This document shows, in pieces, positions 12,633 to 23,228 of a stretch of DNA of 55,616 nucleotides (its first letter is position 1; every line of letters starts with the position of its first letter). The stretch covers positions 1 to 55,616 of the forward strand of contig JAUCBJ010008119.1 in NCBI GenBank assembly GCA_032718475.1. The letters are read 5' to 3'. Position numbers and translations under genes: made by a program. Source of the stretch: Nemertoderma westbladi. Lineage: Eukaryota > Animalia > Xenacoelomorpha. The notes beneath the pieces were generated by a model. That model saw only the letters and a list, made by a program, of their open reading frames with translations, ran no database searches and had not been told where the DNA came from.

Positions 12633-14908
12633 ATTGTAGCTTAGTTCAACCAACGTATGAAAAGAAAACTAGTTCAACCAAAACATTGTAGCTTAGTTCA
12701 ACCAACATATAAAAAACTAGTTCAACCAAAACATTGTAGCTTAGTTCAACCAACGTATAAGAAACTAGTTCAACCAAAACATTGTAGCTTAGTTCAACCA
12801 ACGTATAAAAACTAGTTCAACCAAAAATTGTAGCTTAGTTCAACCAACGTATAAAAAACTAGTTCAACCAAAAATTGTAGCTTAGTTCAACCAACGTATA
12901 AGAAACTAGTTCAACCAAAACATTGTAGCTTAGTTCAACCAACGTATAAAAACTAGTTCAACCAAAAATTGTAGCTTAGTTCAACCAACATATAAAAAAC
13001 TAGTTCAACCAAAACATTGTAGCTTAGTTCAACCAACATATAAAAAACTAGTTCAACCAAAACATTGTAGCTTAGTTCAACCAACGTATAAAAACTAGTT
13101 CAACCAAAAATTGTAGCTTAGTTCAACCAACATATAAAAAACTAGTTCAACCAAAAATTGTAGCTTAGTTCAACCAACATATAAAAAACTAGTTCAACCA
13201 AAACATTGTAGCTTAGTTCAACCAACGTATAAAAACTAGTTCAACCAAAAATTGTAGCTTAGTTCAACCAACATATAAAAAACTAGTTCAACCAAAACAT
13301 TGTAGCTTAGTTCAACCAACATATAAAAAACTAGTTCAACCAAAACATTGTAGCTTAGTTCAACCAACATATAAAAAACTAGTTCAACCAAAACATTCTA
13401 GCTTAGTTCAACCAACGTATAAAAACTAGTTCAACCAAAAATTGTAGCTTAGTTCAACCAACATATAAAAAACTAGTTCAACCAAAACATTGTAGCTTAG
13501 TTCAACCAACGTATAAAAACTAGTTCAACCAAAAATTGTAGCTTAGTTCAACCAACGTATAAAAAACTAGTTCAACCAAAAATTGTAGCTTAGTTCAACC
13601 AACATATAAAAAACTAGTTCAACCAAAACATTGTAGCTTAGTTCAACCAACGTATAAAAAACTAGTTCAACCAAAACATTGTAGCTTAGTTCAACCAACG
13701 TATAAGAAACTAGTTCAAACAAAACATTGTAGCTTAGTTCAACCAACGTATAAAAACTAGTTCAACCAAAAATTGTAGCTTAGTTCAACCAACGTATAAA
13801 AAACTAGTTCAACCAAAAATTGTAGCTTAGTTCAACCAACATATAAAAAACTAGTTCAACCAAAACATTGTAGCTTAGTTCAACCAACATATAAAAAACT
13901 AGTTCAACCAAAACATTCTAGCTTAGTTCAACCAACGTATAAAAACTAGTTCAACCAAAAATTGTAGCTTAGTTCAACCAACATATAAAAAACTAGTTCA
14001 ACCAAAACATTGTAGCTTAGTTCAACCAACGTATAAAAACTAGTTCAACCAAAAATTGTAGCTTAGTTCAACCAACGTATAAAAAACTAGTTCAACCAAA
14101 AATTGTAGCTTAGTTCAACCAACATATAAAAAACTAGTTCAACCAAAACATTGTAGCTTAGTTCAACCAACGTATAAAAAACTAGTTCAACCAAAACATT
14201 GTAGCTTAGTTCAACCAACGTATAAGAAACTAGTTCAAACAAAACATTGTAGCTTAGTTCAACCAACGTATAAAAACTAGTTCAACCAAAAATTGTAGCT
14301 TAGTTCAACCAACGTATAAAAAACTAGTTCAACCAAAAATTGTAGCTTAGTTCAACCAACGTATAAGAAACTAGTTCAACCAAAACATTGCAGCTTAGTT
14401 CAACCAACGTATGAAAACTAGTTCAACCAAAAATTGTAGCTTAGTTCAACCAACGTATAAAAAACTAGTTCAACCAAAACATTGTAGCTTAGTTCAACCA
14501 ACGTATGAAAACTAGTTCAACCAAAAATTGTAGCTTAGTTCAACCAACGTATAAAAAACTAGTTCAACCAAAACATTGTAGCTTAGTTCAACCAACGTAT
14601 GAAAACTAGTTCAACCAAAAATTGTAGCTTAGTTCAACCAACGTATAAAAAACTAGTTCAACCAAAAATTGTAGCTTAGTTCAACCAACGTATAAAAAAC
14701 TAGTTCAACCAAAAATTGTAGCTTAGTTCAACCAACGTATGAAAACTAGTTCAACCAAAAATTGTAGCTTAGTTCAACCAACGTACAAAAAACTAGTTCA
14801 ACCAAAACATTGCAGCTTAGTTCAACCAACGTATGAAAACTAGTTCAACCAAAAATTGTAGCTTAGTTCAACCAACGTATAAAAAACTAGTTCAACCAAA
14901 AATTGTAG
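12633..14908. repeat. Satellite of ~46-48-bp units (ATTGTAGCTTAGTTCAACCAACRTATAAAAAACTAGTTCAACCAAAAC), about 48 copies, in the LINE inter-ORF spacer
   Basis: Directly visible; each unit contains TAGTTCAACCAA twice. Confidence 0.98.
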
Positions 14909-15282
14909 GTATTAGCCCTATATACAAAGGGTTGAAATAGCGCATAGGCCTTTTCCATTATTTTTAACATATAAATTTTATTTTTTATATGTTTACTATT
15001 TTTTGGATTTAGTCTTCCAAGAAGAGATAATATCAAGTTAGTTAAGCGACGATCTATAAGTTCAGTTTACAGACGAAGTTCCATTTAGTAAGTTTACAGT
15101 TCAAGTACTCTACAAACAGAAAAATAAATTTTCACATAGTTTAATGATGCAAGTTAAAAAGCAAAAAAGCAGGATTTAATGATAGGATTTACTTATCTAT
15201 TTGAATTCCTTTTCTATTTGAGCTCATGTTTAAATCCTCAAGATCTAACACACAAGGTAGCTTAACTGCGATAAGCATTCCA

Positions 15283-16541
15283 TCAATCCAAGTTTTCCCC
15301 TAGGTCGCTCAAACAGTCGTATTTCGAATGTATGTCCAATCCATCAACCATCGAAATGACCTGGGAATTATCAACTCGGCCCCTGACAAAGTCAGGGGAG
15401 GAACTCTGGTGGTAAACAGCCTCTGGGTGGACCTCAGTGCGGTCATTCTGGCTCCTACCGGGAGAGAGAATCTCGTCCGAACGTTTAGCGGAATCGGTAT
15501 AGTCGCGTTTGCACGTGCCGGACGACCGAATCTCGTCCGAACGTTTAGCGGAATCTGTATAGTCGCGTTTGTACGTGCCGGACGACCGAATCTCGTCCAG
15601 ACGTTTAGCGGAATCGGTATAGTCGCGTTTGTACGTGCCGGACGACCGAATCTCGTCCGAACGTTTAGCGGAATCGGTATAGTCGCGTTTGTACGTGCCG
15701 GACGACCGAATCTCGCCCGGACGTTTAGCGGAATCGGTATAGTCGCGTTTGTACGTGCCGGATGACCGAATCTCGCCCGGACGTTTAGCGGAATCGGTAT
15801 AGTCGCGTTTGTTCCTACCAGAAGAAGGCTGATCAGTGTCATACCTTCGGATGACATCGTTTAGCGCATCATGAGAAGATATTCTATAGGCGGTACTCCC
15901 GTCGTCCTTTCTCAAAAATATTGCGCCATTTCGGGACCAAATATACTTAAGATTAAGGTTTTTCTTAGCGGATAGAGCCTTGTTAAAAAGGTCTCTATTT
16001 GCATTGGACAGGTGCTCATTGAAGTAAATTTTCCCCAGGTTTAATTTCGACAGGCAGCCGCTATTTAATTTTCCTCTTTTATTCATTAGCTCTTCTTTAT
16101 GTTTTCTATTCGGGAATCGACAAATGACGCTTCGCGGTGTATTTCGAACAGCGGTTGATGACTTGCGCCCTAAACGATGACAGGCCTCTATTGAGGCTGA
16201 TGTTAAGTGTGTAACTCCGAGGCATTCTCCGATTTTAATTACCGTTTCTTCGAGGACTGCATCGTCGACTAACTCGGGGATTCCATTTATAATGATGTTA
16301 TTCCTCTTTTGATACTGGTCCATGTCATTGATCTGAGACTCCTGTTTTCTTATCGTAATTTCTTGTGACACCAGTTTATCACCCATAGATTTGACAGACG
16401 ATTTGAGATATTCGTTTTCTTCTTTTAGGGATGAAACAAGATTAAATAGTCTATCATATCCATCTGATATAAATGTTGACTTTTTTCAATTTCAAACAAC
16501 CTTTCAGCTACGCCATCTAGTTTGCTGGCCACCACAGACAC
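15283..16541 (-). pseudogene. 5'-truncated LINE ORF1 (coiled coil plus L1/Tnp22-type RNA-binding region), with a 1-nt frameshift near 16477
   Basis: DQYQKRNNIIINGIPE, ACHRLG, IYFNEHLS, KYIWSRNG motifs; hand translation extends upstream as SVVASKLDGVAERLFEIEKSQ/TFISDGYDRLFNLVSSLKEENEYLK. Confidence 0.88.
15467..15811 (-). repeat. 60-bp coding tandem repeat (~6 x KRDYTDSAKRSDEIRSSGTY) at the ORF1 C-terminus
   Basis: Visible in DNA and translation. Confidence 0.95.
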
Positions 16542-19500
16542 AGCGATTTATGGCAGTACTGATAGTTGCACAGCGATTTAATCGAGGGAAGACTATGCTC
16601 TTGTATGGCATATCTTAACGTGCCCCCTAAGCCTTGATACGTCCCTGGATTTCCCAACGCGTTATTTTGAACACCCAACCTAAAAATCACTTGTAGATTG
16701 TAATTGGGAGTAGATAGACCTCGCAGTAGGGTCCCAAGACACGATCTATAGGCTCCCACAGATAAACTATCTGTTCCAAACAGATGGTTTAGTGTTTCAT
16801 TCGACACATACGACCCCAAGTGAAGCAAACCTCTCAGCTTCTGGCGATAATATGCATCTAACTTGGCTTTCTCAAATTTCTTCAGAGCACCAATCGAGTA
16901 TTTGTGTCGGTATAAGAACGAGGATAAAGCAATTGATCTCCATAAAAGTGCCACTTTTTCCACTGGATAGTGTTTGGTAGTCCAACCTTGCTTATGGAAT
17001 CGATCAGCCAATATTGCCAGAGCCTGGATTGTATTAGCCAACACATTTACATTATTTTGCCAAGACCTTTGGATATTAACACCAAGGAAAGTTATCGACT
17101 GTGACATATCATGCTGTCGACCATTTAAAAACAGAGTTGGAGGCGGTTTATTCTCCGCTGTATTCCAAGGAGATAGATATATCCAATTTATCTTCGAGTC
17201 TTCCAACCGCAGCCCTAGTTTGGTTATGTGTGTTTCTATACGAGTTGCCAACTTCTCCATATCCCGTGGACAACTTGCCATCAGAAGGATGTCATCAGCA
17301 TATCCAAGAGCACTAAACAACTCATTATATATTCGGCAACCAATCTTACTTTGACCATTGCATGAATAAATATTTGTAAACATCCCATTTGTGTAATAGT
17401 TAAACAGGGCTGGAGATAGAATGGACCCTTGTTTTATTCCATTAAGCATAGTGAAACCATTTTCCGATACAAGGCCATTTATGTTAATGAAAAGACGACT
17501 AAGCTGATAATAAACAACCAGAATTCTACAGATGTACGGATTGATGACATCGGACATCCTCTGAAACAATTTAATCTGGTCGACTCCGTCATATGCCGCC
17601 GAGATATCCAGCTGACAAACGTATACTCCAGATCCATGCCTGCGATAATGTTCTATACACTCAAGTACAGCACTGAGAATTACATCACTGCCAATTCCCG
17701 ATTGATAAGCCAACTGCTGAGGACTGGGTTCCAGAAAAAGATACTCCCTAAGTAATACTCCTTCGAGTACCTTGCCAAATATGCTGATAGATGATATTGG
17801 ACGATATGACGATGGTGCACAAACATCCTTTTTCTTCCCTTTGTAGATACAGGTGACTACAGTCTCCCCAAAGAAATCAGGCAGGCATCCTAGAGATATG
17901 GACTCATTTAATAACTTTGTTACATGGTAGCACACAACTTCTTTCTCCGAATATAAAAGGTGCTCTACAGTCATCATCTGCTTGTCTGGGGACTTATTTC
18001 TGTTGAGAAGTAAGATTGTCCGTTCAACCAACTTTTCAGAAATGACTGGTGCCTCAGTTTGACTACAAGCTGAACTTAGCTTCTCAAGTAAACTATTTAT
18101 ATTTTTCGGTTGAGAACTGTCCTTTTGTAGCTGATTACATAAATAGTCGGTGAGAGGATCTCTCATGGATTCAGCCGTGGTATCTTTCCGTTTATTATTT
18201 ACAAAATTCCAAAATCCACTTGGGTTGTGTCTGTAACTGCCAATTAAATGATCAATGCGCTTGGATAAGTGTTGCTTGGTGAGCCAGTTTTTAAGGTGCC
18301 TCGTTGCACGCTTGGAATCTTGAAACATCTGTCCAAAAGTGTCACCCGAATCCTTACCCCTTTCACACCAAATATTATATAACTTTTTAGATGTTTGGCA
18401 TCTTTCCAGTAATTTTTTATTTCGCACCCTGATATTGTTCGACTTCTTTTTGTGCTGTTTCTTGGGTATATATTCATAGGCAGTATCATAAAATATTGCT
18501 TTCAGCGAATGACCGTACCAATCTATGTCCCTCTTTGTCCACTTTCGATCAAAACAGGAAACAATGTCCTTTAGCCTATTCAACTTGTGCTCGGTTTCTT
18601 GCATATACTTAGATAGCTTTTCCTTACTGCACTTTTCCCACGCAAAACGATGTATCCTTTGTACATTTTTTGTTGAAATTTTTTCTTTTTCTTCACGTTT
18701 TACTTCTAGTTTAAAACAAACGAGGACTGGGACATGATCAGAATTATTGTGAAACTCATCCATACCAAGAACGAAGCCTTGATGAATACTGTTTGCTCCA
18801 GACCTAGATGTCACTATGTGATCGATGTATGATTTGTTGCGTCCATGAAAAGTTACAGTTGGACCTTGAAAAGCTGAGAATGTGTCCGCTGCATGAATAC
18901 CTTGTTGCATTAAAAACTCATGAAATATTTTTCCCCTAGCTGATGCATGTTCTCGACTAAAACGCAGTCCCTGCAGAGGCCCAACATCAGCGTTGAAGTC
19001 GCCAATTAGTATCGGGAGACTATTTGGGTACGACTTTAGGATGTTTGTCAGGCGACCTAAGAAGTCATAAAATTCACTAACTGGTTTACCAGCATCCGGA
19101 GCATATACATTCAGCACTAACAAATCCAAGTTACCCAAAGTAGCCTTGATACCTATGATGTCATTGCTAGATTCAAGCGGCATAGTGTAGTCAAATAGGT
19201 TTTTCCTAATGAGCAAGCCGACTCCCCCACGAACTACTGCACAATGTTTAGTTTGATGGCCAGGAATATATAGGCATTCATAATTATTTTTAAAGCTTTC
19301 ACACCAAATTTTTTCACATTCCGTCCCATCCAACCATAGTTCTTGTATTCCACAAATATCTACATTATGTTCATCCAACAATTTATCGACGTACATCATA
19401 TTGCTAAGTGCTCCCCTTACATTAAAAGTCAGGCAGTTCAAATTAGTTTTGGTAACTACAGCAGAATTATTTTCTTTAAAATTGGTGCATTTTGCATCCA

Positions 19501-19570
19501 AGCCGGAGCCATTAGAATTGAGCGCTGTAGCACCATCCTGAGCACCAGATCCATCTTTATTGTTAAACAC
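16517..19570 (-). CDS. RTE-X-like ORF2, APE endonuclease plus reverse transcriptase; true C-terminus displaced to 6853-7002
   Basis: TFNVRG, GIQELW, GGVGLLI, GDFNAD, YIDHI, SDHVPV; SYRPIS, LDISAAYD, GIKQGSILSP, GYADDI, FLG. The annotated start is GTG. Confidence 0.95.
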   Translation of the reverse strand: MFNNKDGSGAQDGATALNSNGSGLDAKCTNFKENNSAVVTKTNLNCLTFNVRGALSNMMYVDKLLDEHNVDICGIQELWLDGTECEKIWCESFKNNYECLYIPGHQTKHCAVVRGGVGLLIRKNLFDYTMPLESSNDIIGIKATLGNLDLLVLNVYAPDAGKPVSEFYDFLGRLTNILKSYPNSLPILIGDFNADVGPLQGLRFSREHASARGKIFHEFLMQQGIHAADTFSAFQGPTVTFHGRNKSYIDHIVTSRSGANSIHQGFVLGMDEFHNNSDHVPVLVCFKLEVKREEKEKISTKNVQRIHRFAWEKCSKEKLSKYMQETEHKLNRLKDIVSCFDRKWTKRDIDWYGHSLKAIFYDTAYEYIPKKQHKKKSNNIRVRNKKLLERCQTSKKLYNIWCERGKDSGDTFGQMFQDSKRATRHLKNWLTKQHLSKRIDHLIGSYRHNPSGFWNFVNNKRKDTTAESMRDPLTDYLCNQLQKDSSQPKNINSLLEKLSSACSQTEAPVISEKLVERTILLLNRNKSPDKQMMTVEHLLYSEKEVVCYHVTKLLNESISLGCLPDFFGETVVTCIYKGKKKDVCAPSSYRPISSISIFGKVLEGVLLREYLFLEPSPQQLAYQSGIGSDVILSAVLECIEHYRRHGSGVYVCQLDISAAYDGVDQIKLFQRMSDVINPYICRILVVYYQLSRLFININGLVSENGFTMLNGIKQGSILSPALFNYYTNGMFTNIYSCNGQSKIGCRIYNELFSALGYADDILLMASCPRDMEKLATRIETHITKLGLRLEDSKINWIYLSPWNTAENKPPPTLFLNGRQHDMSQSITFLGVNIQRSWQNNVNVLANTIQALAILADRFHKQGWTTKHYPVEKVALLWRSIALSSFLYRHKYSIGALKKFEKAKLDAYYRQKLRGLLHLGSYVSNETLNHLFGTDSLSVGAYRSCLGTLLRGLSTPNYNLQVIFRLGVQNNALGNPGTYQGLGGTLRYAIQEHSLPSIKSLCNYQYCHKSLCLWWPAN

Positions 19571-22500
19571 GAATCCTCTTTCTTCTCCCTTCAGTTACCC
19601 TATAATGATATTGCTTGGGGCTGAAATCTCTTTCTACTGGATAAAGGCAGTTATCCAATTCTACATACTCTGACAAGTCTCTCTCTTTAAAGTCCAATGG
19701 AGTATTATAAGCAGTTGCGCGTTCTTCCCATCTAACACAAATGATACCATCTGGCCAGAAAGATGGCTCCAAAAGATCTTGTTTACAGTTTCTCTCCATA
19801 ATGAGCTTCATGTTTTTAATTCCATCAAAGATTCTTGTGGTTATACGGTGAATACGTGCACCGCGATGTTCTACATAGGCGACAATGTCTTCCTCTGTAT
19901 GTTTGCAGTTGATACCATTTACAAAAAACACCTGTGATTCAAGTTGTTTTCTGCCATTATTTGAATTCCCCTTTTCTCTATGTGAGTCGTTTTCTTTTCT
20001 CTTAACATCATGTTTATCCATATCCCTACATGAAAAGTTGGTCTTTAAGTCTTTGTTCTTTGTTTCCATTTTATTATTCACTGTGACATTAATTGTGTTC
20101 AAATGTTGTTGTTTTGGAAGAGAGCTGGATTTTGTATTTGTAACACTTTCGGTACTTTCAGTCTGTTTTATCTCTGGAAAAGTGTACCTGTTAGAGACTG
20201 GTATCTGAAATGCGTGACTTCCGTTTTGATTAATGAAGTTAACGCGTTTCCTTGTGCAATTCTTTGACTTGACTATGGTATATTCCGGTTCTTTCTTCCC
20301 AAAGGTATCAAGAACCTCATTATCTGTATCACCTATGGAATCAATCACTATGAAACAGTCATCCTGGGATCCCTTGATTGATGCTTGACATACATTCTGA
20401 GCAATAGTTACACTTGTAATTGGTTTTTCTTTCATAGGCTGTGTCTGATTGTTATCTTTAGTACTCTCAACTTGTTGTTCAGCATTCCCTTTGATCAATT
20501 TTGTTAATGTTTCCATCTGATACTGAAGGACGTTTCTCAGCCGTCTTTCATGCTCTAATTCTTCACGTAGAAAACCCACTTCTTGCTTTAATGATGTTAT
20601 ATGAGTCTCTGTCTGGCTGAGTCTACCTTGGAGTACGGCAGAGGAATTTATACATTCCTGATGGACATCCTCCAGAGTTGTGGACCCATCACTGTTGAGC
20701 TCCTTCCTTTTAAGCCGGCGCTTGCAGCATTCTGTGAAATTGTTTGATTCTTTGCATTTGTAGATCTCATAAATGTCAGTGACCAGCTCCTTTAGTGCCG
20801 CCCTGGATCGTAGCTGCAATGTGACAGAGTTTGTTGGGGACATTAAAGATTTTATGTCAGTAAAAAATTGACTTCTCAAAACATTACATTCTTCAGTTGT
20901 GTACGTTTTCATCATCTGTTTAATCGCAAATTGTCGCGGTTGTTGCATGATCTGATGAAAAATTGATCCATCCGAAGTATTAATATGATTATTTTTCTGC
21001 TTATATCCAGGGTCTTCAGTGGAGTCAAAGGAACTTGTATCCTGGTTTCCCAATGAATTTTGTAGTCGCTTAGTAGAAACCGAATCCATACTTAGACAGA
21101 AATTCTCCTTAATTTTATCGAAAGTATTTTGATATCTTTTTTCTCCTCGTTGTATCTGAGAAAAACTAAAGATACCTGCAGATTCAATTAGTTTGCATTC
21201 TGTCAGGCATTCAAGAATCCACTTGCGTGCTTTCGCACTATCAAACACCACATCTGGGAGAACAACAGTATTTAAACCGCAGGCTAGAGCATAGTAGCAC
21301 ACAAAAACTCCACAATCAATACTGTTTCTTTGTTTCGCGAATTTCCTTGTCGAGACAGCTGAAAACCAAATTTTTTTGTGTCTTTCTTCCGTTTCAGGAG
21401 ACAGTTCATCAATTAATGCCAACAGTTTGCAGATTTCCTCAGTAGTGGCTGTAGGTACATTTATATTTAGTGAATCAATACATTCAACTTGCCTGGTCAG
21501 GGTATCAGCTATATGAAGTATAAAATGATTGCTCTGACATTCCGGGAAGAAAATATATCTTGGTTGAAGACCATCAGTATTAAATTTTCCATAATAAGCC
21601 TTTGCAATATACTTCACAGCACTTAAATTATCGTAGACTCGTGTCCCTTCAACCCAGTCCAAAGATTGTAATTTAGTTGTAAGACAGCAACTAACGTAGG
21701 AAGTGTGAGGAATGTTTCGTTCAACTAAACCTAGAAACCCCTCAAGTATGGAGTCAGTTAGCCAATCTCGGGTGTTAAGGAGATTTAAATCTGCAACTGA
21801 TTGAAGAACAAGTCCCCTAGTACCAGGCTTAGCATCAGAACAACATTGCAAATAATCCTTAATTGCCTTTGAGTTGTCATGTCGAAAATTTGATTGACTA
21901 CAGGGATAGACTTCTACGTGACAGGCTTGATTGAAATTCTTTGATCCCTCTACCAAGGCAGTTTCATGTTTCTCTTGATTTCCGGGACACTTACCAGCAT
22001 AATGCGATGGCTGAAATGGAGCCACACCTGGGTCTAGTTGGTGTTGGTTTGATTTGTTTGCGCTCAAATTGGAAATCTCATACGAAATCTGATCCAGTGA
22101 ACCAGAGACCAGCTCCCCATCCGGCTCCACCACAGCCCGATCCAATCCCAGATTTGTCGACCCAGAAGGTGAACCCTCGACCGGAGGAGAAGGAGGGTTG
22201 GATCCCGGAGATGGCGACCCGGAAGGTGAACTCTCAACTGGAGGAGATGGAGAAGGAGGGTTGGATCCCGGAGACGGCGACCCGGAAGGTGAACCCTCGA
22301 CTGGAGGAGAAGCAGGGTTGGATCGCGGAGATGGCGACCCGGAAACGGAACCCTCGACTGGAGGAGAATGAGGGTTGGATCCCGGAGACGGCGACCCGGA
22401 AGGTGAACCCTCAACTGGAGGAGAAGGAGGGTTGGATCCCGGAGATGGCGACCCGGAAGGTGAACCCTCGACTGGGGGGGAAGGAGGGTTGAATCCTGGA

Positions 22501-23150
22501 GATGGCGACCCGGAAGGTGAACCCTCGACTGGAGGAGATGGAGAAGGAGGGTTGGATCCCGGAGATGGCGACCCGGAAGCTGAACCCTCGACTGGAGGAG
22601 AAGGAGAATTGGATCCCGGAGATGGCGACCCGGAAGGTGAGCCCTCGACCGGAGGAGAAGGAGGGTTGGATCCCGGAGATGGCGACCCGGAAGCTGAACC
22701 CTCGACTGGAGGAGGAGGGTTGGATACCGGAGTCGGCGACCCGCAAGGTACCGGTATCTTCCTTAATCTCCAAGATCCGTCGTCTGCCAGATCCTCTATC
22801 TTATAGGGGTCAGCGGAGTGATCCTTCTTTACAGTTAACTGGGGAACACTTTCTGTGTTCTTGGGATCTCCGGGTTTACCCAATACTGGTAGTCCTACCG
22901 TGTGGTTGTACACAGCCGATTTCCTCCTAAGGCCATCTGGTACCGTAACCGGTTGGCCTACCGATAACGATTGTCTCCGCTTTAAATCCGCCGATTTACT
23001 TGAGGTAACAGAGCTGTTTGCTTTTTTACCGGAGTTAGAGCAGAGGCCGCGTTTATTTGGCGCACAGTTTGTACATTTCCTTTGGTCGTTAACGCAGCTG
23101 CATTTATTGCAACGTCCCCTTGTAGCGGAACAGACGCAGCAAGGTGCCAT
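19563..23150 (-). CDS. LINE ORF1 (1195 aa): Cys-rich N-terminus, Pro/Ser repeat, Ulp1/C48 SUMO-protease domain, coiled coil, C-terminal RRM-like domain
   Basis: CCVC...CNKCSC...CTNC...C; DWLTDSI, NHFIL, IDSL, QRNSIDCGVFVC; heptad region LQGRLSQTETHITSLKQEVGFLREEL; FFVNGI...FWPDGIICVRW as in CR1/RTE-X ORF1 C-termini. Confidence 0.88.
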   Translation of the reverse strand: MAPCCVCSATRGRCNKCSCVNDQRKCTNCAPNKRGLCSNSGKKANSSVTSSKSADLKRRQSLSVGQPVTVPDGLRRKSAVYNHTVGLPVLGKPGDPKNTESVPQLTVKKDHSADPYKIEDLADDGSWRLRKIPVPCGSPTPVSNPPPPVEGSASGSPSPGSNPPSPPVEGSPSGSPSPGSNSPSPPVEGSASGSPSPGSNPPSPSPPVEGSPSGSPSPGFNPPSPPVEGSPSGSPSPGSNPPSPPVEGSPSGSPSPGSNPHSPPVEGSVSGSPSPRSNPASPPVEGSPSGSPSPGSNPPSPSPPVESSPSGSPSPGSNPPSPPVEGSPSGSTNLGLDRAVVEPDGELVSGSLDQISYEISNLSANKSNQHQLDPGVAPFQPSHYAGKCPGNQEKHETALVEGSKNFNQACHVEVYPCSQSNFRHDNSKAIKDYLQCCSDAKPGTRGLVLQSVADLNLLNTRDWLTDSILEGFLGLVERNIPHTSYVSCCLTTKLQSLDWVEGTRVYDNLSAVKYIAKAYYGKFNTDGLQPRYIFFPECQSNHFILHIADTLTRQVECIDSLNINVPTATTEEICKLLALIDELSPETEERHKKIWFSAVSTRKFAKQRNSIDCGVFVCYYALACGLNTVVLPDVVFDSAKARKWILECLTECKLIESAGIFSFSQIQRGEKRYQNTFDKIKENFCLSMDSVSTKRLQNSLGNQDTSSFDSTEDPGYKQKNNHINTSDGSIFHQIMQQPRQFAIKQMMKTYTTEECNVLRSQFFTDIKSLMSPTNSVTLQLRSRAALKELVTDIYEIYKCKESNNFTECCKRRLKRKELNSDGSTTLEDVHQECINSSAVLQGRLSQTETHITSLKQEVGFLREELEHERRLRNVLQYQMETLTKLIKGNAEQQVESTKDNNQTQPMKEKPITSVTIAQNVCQASIKGSQDDCFIVIDSIGDTDNEVLDTFGKKEPEYTIVKSKNCTRKRVNFINQNGSHAFQIPVSNRYTFPEIKQTESTESVTNTKSSSLPKQQHLNTINVTVNNKMETKNKDLKTNFSCRDMDKHDVKRKENDSHREKGNSNNGRKQLESQVFFVNGINCKHTEEDIVAYVEHRGARIHRITTRIFDGIKNMKLIMERNCKQDLLEPSFWPDGIICVRWEERATAYNTPLDFKERDLSEYVELDNCLYPVERDFSPKQYHYRVTEGRRKRIRV
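22155..22745 (-). repeat. 60-66-bp coding tandem repeat (~9-10 x PPVEGSPSGSPSPGSNPPS)
   Basis: Visible in DNA and translation. Confidence 0.95.
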
Positions 23151-23228
23151 AATAATCTCACGATATTAATAGGTTATAATATTTCAGCAGTATTAGTACA
23201 GCAGTATTAGTACAGCAGTATTGATGAA

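Larger units (their letters stand above)
7004..16541 (-). mobile_element. 5'-truncated CR1-group (Crack/L2/CR1-like) LINE nested in the RTE-X-like ORF2
   Basis: Partial ORF1, intact PHD-APE-RT ORF2, ~2.1-kb 3' UTR, (ATTG)n tail at ~7004-7035, flanked by AGCGAT duplication. Confidence 0.88.
6235..23228 (-). mobile_element. Apparently full-length APE-RT non-LTR retrotransposon (RTE-X-like), about 7.4 kb of its own sequence, inserted in the minisatellite and interrupted by a nested LINE
   Basis: Satellite stops at GGAAGGAG|6235 and resumes at AG-CTCAGCTAGG at 23229. Short 5' UTR, ORF1 and ORF2 lie at 16548-23228; the ORF2 C-terminus and 3' UTR with AATAAA lie at 6235-7003. Clade call rests on RT motif style only. 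Confidence 0.85.
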
